Origin: Promethearchaeota archaeon
GTDB lineage: Archaea > Asgardarchaeota > Lokiarchaeia > Sigyniarchaeales > SOKP01
Length of the DNA stretch: 64,000 bases
Assembly (NCBI GenBank): GCA_016839555.1
Contig: JAEOUA010000012.1
Location: 288,001 to 352,000 of the forward strand
Reading direction: 5' to 3'
Every line of letters begins with the position of its first letter. The stretch's first letter is position 1. A program made the position numbers and the translations under genes. The notes below the pieces were generated by a model that did no database searches, had not been told where the DNA came from, and was given only the letters and a program-made list of their open reading frames with translations. Of the stretch, positions 59,352-64,000 are shown in pieces.

Positions 59352-60974
59352 TTATTTCAAGGAATCAAGCATTAACCGTTCAAACTGTTCAGGTGGACAG
59401 CCTTCTTTTTCCATAATTTCTTTCATTTTTTTCATCATAATTTTCTCTAACTCTTCTGCCTCTGGCAAACCCGCAAGATTATTCTGAAAATTTGGATCTT
59501 TTACTCGATCAAATAAGTAATTCCGTAGAAGCTCCTTTTTAGAACCTTTTCCCGCGAAGTAAAATGGTGGTAATGGAATTTTCCATTGAGGTATATTTAC
59601 TCCTGGAATAAATCGTCCCGATTCTACTTTATTCATCATATCTCCTAACATCTCCTCAAGTATATCATATTCAAGATTTATTCCATAACGTTCCGTAAAC
59701 CCGCTAATGATTGAGGGAGACATAACCATAGGAAAGGTTGATGAATAAACACATAATTGTTTCTTTGGATTATAACCTTTAATATATGTAGTATCCCAAG
59801 TAGTTAAGTTCACTCCATCACCAAAACTTCCGTAAAGAATATGATCTCGTATTTTTGTTGTTTCACCTTTAAGCACTGGTAATAAAGATTTACCGTGTGG
59901 CGAAATTTTTTCATCGATCTCCGCGCCTAAAGCTTCCAATATTGTTGCTCGAATATCAACAATCGTCGAAAAAGTCGATTCTATTCGTTTACCTCCTTCA
60001 ATTTCAGGATGGTAAATAATTAAGGGAATATTAGCTACATCTTCGAAAATTGGATGTTCCTTCCCGTATTGCTTAATTTTATTATCAAGCTTGGCAAGTG
60101 CGTGTCCATGATCTGTCGTAAAAATGATCATAGTGTTTTCCCACAGATTATATTGATCCATTTTTTCCCATATTTTCCCTAACCACCTATCCACCATTGT
60201 TACCTTTCCGCAATACTGGTTTCTGATAAATTCTAATTCTTCGTCTGAAGCTTGATTAAAAAAGGATTTCATAATTCGACCATTTTGATAAGGTGGCCAA
60301 CATGTAAACTCATCATTATATGAACCATACATAGATCTATAAGGTTCAGGGATGTAGAATGGCTCATGAGGATCAAAACTTTCCACATGGAGGAAAAACT
60401 TTTCATGAGAATGGTTTTTATCCAACCAATCGGCAGCAGCTTGCATGAGTTTCGGGCTATGCCAGTCTTTTTCTTCCTTGAAATGCTTCACATTTCTATA
60501 ATATTGGGAAAGTACTTCATTAGGTTGTCTCCATTTTAAATACGATTTAACCCATTGGGGAAACTCCTCTGGATCCTCAAGAGGTTCGATAGTTGCGGTG
60601 TCATGTTCATGCCCCCGAATGAGGTTTGAGTACATATAATTTTCATGATAACCATATATACCTGTTCTTGGCTCCCAGTAATGATAATGATCTGTAATTA
60701 ATGCGGTTACTGCTCCAAGCTTTTTTGCCTCTATTGGAAGAAGTCTGTCAAAGGGTTCTACAGGACCCCAAAACTTCCATAAAAAATCATTTTTTCTACC
60801 TGAAAATAATTCACGTCTCGCTGGCACACATGGTGCTGAACAAAGGAAATGGTTTTCAAAAACTGTACCTTTCTCAGCAAGTTTTTGCATATTTCGAGTT
60901 TCTACTACCGTATTTCCATAAGGCTCTATATACATCTTATTTAAGCTATCAAGTAAGATTAAAATAACATTCAT
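59352..60974 (-). CDS. Sulfatase (Cys-type)
   Basis: NVILILLDS, CVPAR (CxPxR), FDPHEP, TTDHG, IPLII. Confidence 0.92.
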   Translation of the reverse strand: MNVILILLDSLNKMYIEPYGNTVVETRNMQKLAEKGTVFENHFLCSAPCVPARRELFSGRKNDFLWKFWGPVEPFDRLLPIEAKKLGAVTALITDHYHYWEPRTGIYGYHENYMYSNLIRGHEHDTATIEPLEDPEEFPQWVKSYLKWRQPNEVLSQYYRNVKHFKEEKDWHSPKLMQAAADWLDKNHSHEKFFLHVESFDPHEPFYIPEPYRSMYGSYNDEFTCWPPYQNGRIMKSFFNQASDEELEFIRNQYCGKVTMVDRWLGKIWEKMDQYNLWENTMIIFTTDHGHALAKLDNKIKQYGKEHPIFEDVANIPLIIYHPEIEGGKRIESTFSTIVDIRATILEALGAEIDEKISPHGKSLLPVLKGETTKIRDHILYGSFGDGVNLTTWDTTYIKGYNPKKQLCVYSSTFPMVMSPSIISGFTERYGINLEYDILEEMLGDMMNKVESGRFIPGVNIPQWKIPLPPFYFAGKGSKKELLRNYLFDRVKDPNFQNNLAGLPEAEELEKIMMKKMKEIMEKEGCPPEQFERLMLDSLK

Positions 60975-61128
60975 GATATGTCAATTAACCTTATTTATAT
61001 AAAAATGTTTTCGATAAATTGTAGGTATTAATAATTAACCCAATAGAAAATATCAACTGGGATATTTAAGATTTGCCCGAAATTCATTTAAAAATAGAAA
61101 TAATAAAAAAATAAAAATGATTAATAGC

Positions 61129-62646
61129 TTAACCTAACAAAGAAGGGACTATTCGCGATAACGCAACTGCCAAACCACTGATAACCGAAACAAGAGAAGA
61201 TACTTTCTTCAGTCTATCCTTAGTGTTTGCCGTAACGATTATATTTCTAGTTTTTCCCTCAATAATTTTCCCATCTTCATCTTCAAGGAAAATTTGAATA
61301 GTCTGTTCCCCCTTTTGTCGGGGCTCTAAGGTTAGCCATGCTGTATCACCATTTTCTAACATCGTTGATAGAACTCTTGTAATATCCGTGTCTGCATCAG
61401 AAGTTAAAAGAATAGGCTTATCTGGGATTGTAAAGGATCCTCTTCCTTCTACTTTAAGGTTCAAAAGAATTGTTTTCGGCTCAAATCCCGGAGCTTCTAT
61501 ACGCAATCGATATGTTTTTTCTTCTTGAGAGTTATTATAGAGAAACACCATAATATTAGCCTGTCCATTATTAAATACAATTTCTTGAGCGGCAGAATCC
61601 ATATAGATTGGATCTTTTGAAATTCTACTAATATTATCGGCAAGTTCCAATTGCAGCCTATCGATGATATTAAAGAATCCGGGATTATATTTCTTAATAA
61701 AATCGAATAGTTTGTAAATATCATTCGCGGAAAAATACCAATCTCCTTCCATAAAAAAACCTTTTTCGATATCAAAATTATCAGAATCGACATTTAAAAC
61801 CTCCTTAAATTCTTGTTCTAATTGCTTGTTTGTTAATACTTCCTGGTAATGAAGGTAATATAGGAAGAAAATCTTTTCTAATGCGAAGGTTATTGGTAAT
61901 TCCTCCTCTTCTTGCTGTTTTATCTTTTTAACAAATGTAGGATTAAGAATTTCATTCAATCCATTAATAAATTCATCCCATTTCAGATATGTTACTGGAT
62001 CCAGATGATTCGCTAGTATTTCGGCAAAAAGATTATCAAGAAAGATTTGATGGGTGGTAGGTTTGAAAAAGTCTTGAAGTCCATTTACATCATGCATATT
62101 TAAGTTTAAACTCCGTATTAAAAAGGCCAATCCTAATCCCACTAGCGCAGTACTCATCGCAGCATATCCTAATGTTAAGTTTCCAAGAAAAAGCATGACA
62201 AAAAATAAAATAACCGAAATAATACATATTATTGCGATTATTCGAAGCAGTTTCACGACTTTTAAAACATTATTTGTCAACATTTTAAAACCGTCTAAGC
62301 TATCAATGGGTCTGCCACGTATTCTTTCAAATTTAATTCGAAGTTTAAGAGCTTGATTAGTTTTAAATGCCCCAAGTAATAGAATTATAGAATTCAGAAA
62401 ATAAAATGCGAGAATTAATAAGTAAATAATTGTAAGGGTTTGATAATCTAAAGGTTGTTGCGCAAAACTGGTTGCTGTTGGAAGCTCTGGAAAGATAAAT
62501 ATTGTGAGAATAGTAATGATTGCAAGGAGTATTGGAAAGATAAATAAAATGAGCCTTCCAATCGTGGTAATATATTTGGTTAAAAATACTTGTGATTTCT
62601 CTACTTTTATTATTTTCTCCAATTTTTCTTTAGAAGAATCATTCAT
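61129..62646 (-). CDS. Membrane protein with a large soluble domain, unknown function
   Basis: 505-aa ORF; four N-terminal TM helices, beta-rich C-terminal part, C-terminal hydrophobic tail. Confidence 0.7.
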   Translation of the reverse strand: MNDSSKEKLEKIIKVEKSQVFLTKYITTIGRLILFIFPILLAIITILTIFIFPELPTATSFAQQPLDYQTLTIIYLLILAFYFLNSIILLLGAFKTNQALKLRIKFERIRGRPIDSLDGFKMLTNNVLKVVKLLRIIAIICIISVILFFVMLFLGNLTLGYAAMSTALVGLGLAFLIRSLNLNMHDVNGLQDFFKPTTHQIFLDNLFAEILANHLDPVTYLKWDEFINGLNEILNPTFVKKIKQQEEEELPITFALEKIFFLYYLHYQEVLTNKQLEQEFKEVLNVDSDNFDIEKGFFMEGDWYFSANDIYKLFDFIKKYNPGFFNIIDRLQLELADNISRISKDPIYMDSAAQEIVFNNGQANIMVFLYNNSQEEKTYRLRIEAPGFEPKTILLNLKVEGRGSFTIPDKPILLTSDADTDITRVLSTMLENGDTAWLTLEPRQKGEQTIQIFLEDEDGKIIEGKTRNIIVTANTKDRLKKVSSLVSVISGLAVALSRIVPSLLG

Positions 62647-63311
62647 CTATGAAATTACACCTTTAATAATTAAATAAGATTATGTTTAGATCTAATTAAG
62701 TTACTGAAAAAAATAAAGATTATCAGTTCAAAAAAATCCGATCTAAACTATGTTTTTTACCCTTTTAGGAAAGAGAAGAAGAACTTTTTGTATCACTTTA
62801 TAAGAAATTTTTTTAAATTTAGACTTTTTTAGAGCTTATTATTTAATAATATTGATTAATAATCTCCTTTTTTCTAAACTATCAGAAATTATTTCTATTG
62901 ATCTTGATAATTATTTCTGTATGAATGCATAATTTCTAACATTTTTCTTATATTATTTTGGTCGTGTGGATCGGGAATCAATCGAAAGATCTTGTTATAA
63001 TTCCCTTTCCATTACCAAGAAATCCATTTTAATTACCTTTTTGTTCAATATACATTGAAAAAAATTCCAATATTTGTAAAATACAAGCCTTCAAATGAGC
63101 GTTTTTCGTAATCTGAAATTCAGCAATTTTTTTCATCATAAGAAAGACGAAAAAAATCATTTTTACGAAATATTAACTGATTTATGTGATTCGGATGAGA
63201 AAATAACCCCAAAACATTTATAAAGGAAAATATCCCTATTTTAAAATAGTAGATAAAAATAAAAAATAATAAAAAAATAAAAAAAAAAATAAAAAAAGGA
63301 GGAAAAAAATA

Positions 63312-63668
63312 ATGTTTGAAAAAATGGATGAACAAAAAAGTATACAAAAAGAAAAAGAAGTCTTAATATCTGATCAACAAAGAAAGCAAATTTATGAATT
63401 GGCGAACAATGTCGGTATTAGAACTATTGATGAAATATGCCCTGTTTTATTTGATTGCGTATTAGATTCTGCTCAAGGACGATTGAAAAATGAATTAGGT
63501 AAAATGATTTTTCACCTTCAAAAAAATGAGAGATTAAATACGCGCATTGGGCTTGAAAGATTGATTGATGCTGCATTACAAGTTAATCCTGAAAAAATGT
63601 TTCGAATTCTTGAATCTGCTGGTGGAGAAAGCAAAGAACTCGCAGATAATATAAGAAGTGTTCTCTAA
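63312..63668 (+). CDS. Hypothetical helical protein
   Basis: 118-aa ORF with AGGAGG SD and natural composition. Confidence 0.7.
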   Translation: MFEKMDEQKSIQKEKEVLISDQQRKQIYELANNVGIRTIDEICPVLFDCVLDSAQGRLKNELGKMIFHLQKNERLNTRIGLERLIDAALQVNPEKMFRILESAGGESKELADNIRSVL

Positions 63669-63812
63669 TTGTAAAAATTTTTTTTGATTTTTTCTTTTTA
63701 AACGTGTTATTTTTTAAATTTTTAAGTTAAATTTTATAATATGCAATTCTTACTTTTAAATAACAGACTTATTTATTAAGAATAATTCTAATTTCTTATT
63801 TGAGATTATTAC

Positions 63813-64000
63813 ATGAGTCAAAAAAACGGTAATGATAAAGATAATCGTGCTTGGGAAGCTTATCAAAAAATTAAAAGCGCCCTTGATGGGTTATATGAAA
63901 TATTAAGTCTCAGTTTCGAAGAAGATAATCTCTTTTATCAGTGTGGAATAGATAATCTCGAAAGATTAAAGGAAACTATCGTAGATATCCTCTCTCATGA
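63813..64000 (+). CDS. Hypothetical protein (5' part, runs off the window edge)
   Basis: Open frame from ATG 63813: MSQKNGNDKDNRAWEAYQKIKSALDGLYEILSLSFEEDNLFYQCGIDNLERLKETIVDILSH. Confidence 0.65.
   Translation, partial: MSQKNGNDKDNRAWEAYQKIKSALDGLYEILSLSFEEDNLFYQCGIDNLERLKETIVDILSH

Noticed and set aside
1721-61793. The many 60-120 aa ORFs antisense to or overlapping well-supported genes (e.g. 7948-8247, 10301-10633, 49743-50102, 60701-60967)
   Set aside because: Shadow ORFs of real genes with no recognisable motifs.
62700-63347. ORF 63120-63347 and short minus-strand fragments (e.g. MDFLVMEREL*) as a gene, pseudogene or second intron-containing gene
   Set aside because: The Phe-rich ORF comes from poly-A tracts. 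The fragments have stops in all frames, no recognisable homology and no BHB fold that I could find. A decayed gene cannot be excluded.
1-64000. CRISPR array, transposase/IS, integrase, prophage, rRNA
   Set aside because: No regularly spaced direct repeats, transposase or integrase motifs, or long GC-rich RNA-gene segments were seen.

Overview
Very AT-rich (roughly 30% GC by eye), gene-dense archaeal chromosome segment, most likely an Asgard archaeon of the Lokiarchaeia. The evidence is archaeal RFC, aIF5B, class I CCA enzyme, AglB, EF-2 and Cdc48, plus a longin-like protein, a Loki-CTERM-like protein, a HEAT/LRR protein and bacterial-type uvrAB, dap and metVF genes. Content is mostly housekeeping and metabolism: enolase (partial), DNA repair, translation, DAP-type lysine synthesis, leuCD-like genes, argG, Wood-Ljungdahl-related genes, a two-component pair, and an hsp20-cdc48-regulator-zincin operon. 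I saw no transposase, prophage, CRISPR array or rRNA. The main finding is in argG. Its ATP-binding motif YSGGLDTS is split inside the Asp codon by a 30-nt insert (36996-37025) carrying two in-frame TGA stops. The insert folds into a bulge-helix-bulge (BHB) motif whose predicted cut sites exactly restore the motif, making it a candidate mRNA intron spliced by the tRNA splicing endonuclease. A tRNA-Pro(UGG) 4 kb away has a 30-nt BHB intron at a non-canonical D-loop position. Smaller findings: a probable non-ATG/GTG/TTG start for leuD, an EF-2 with a non-canonical diphthamide motif, an apparently inactive ADP-ribosylhydrolase homologue, and a structured intergenic element between lysA and dapB. 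All calls come from reading the sequence and motifs; no database searches were run.
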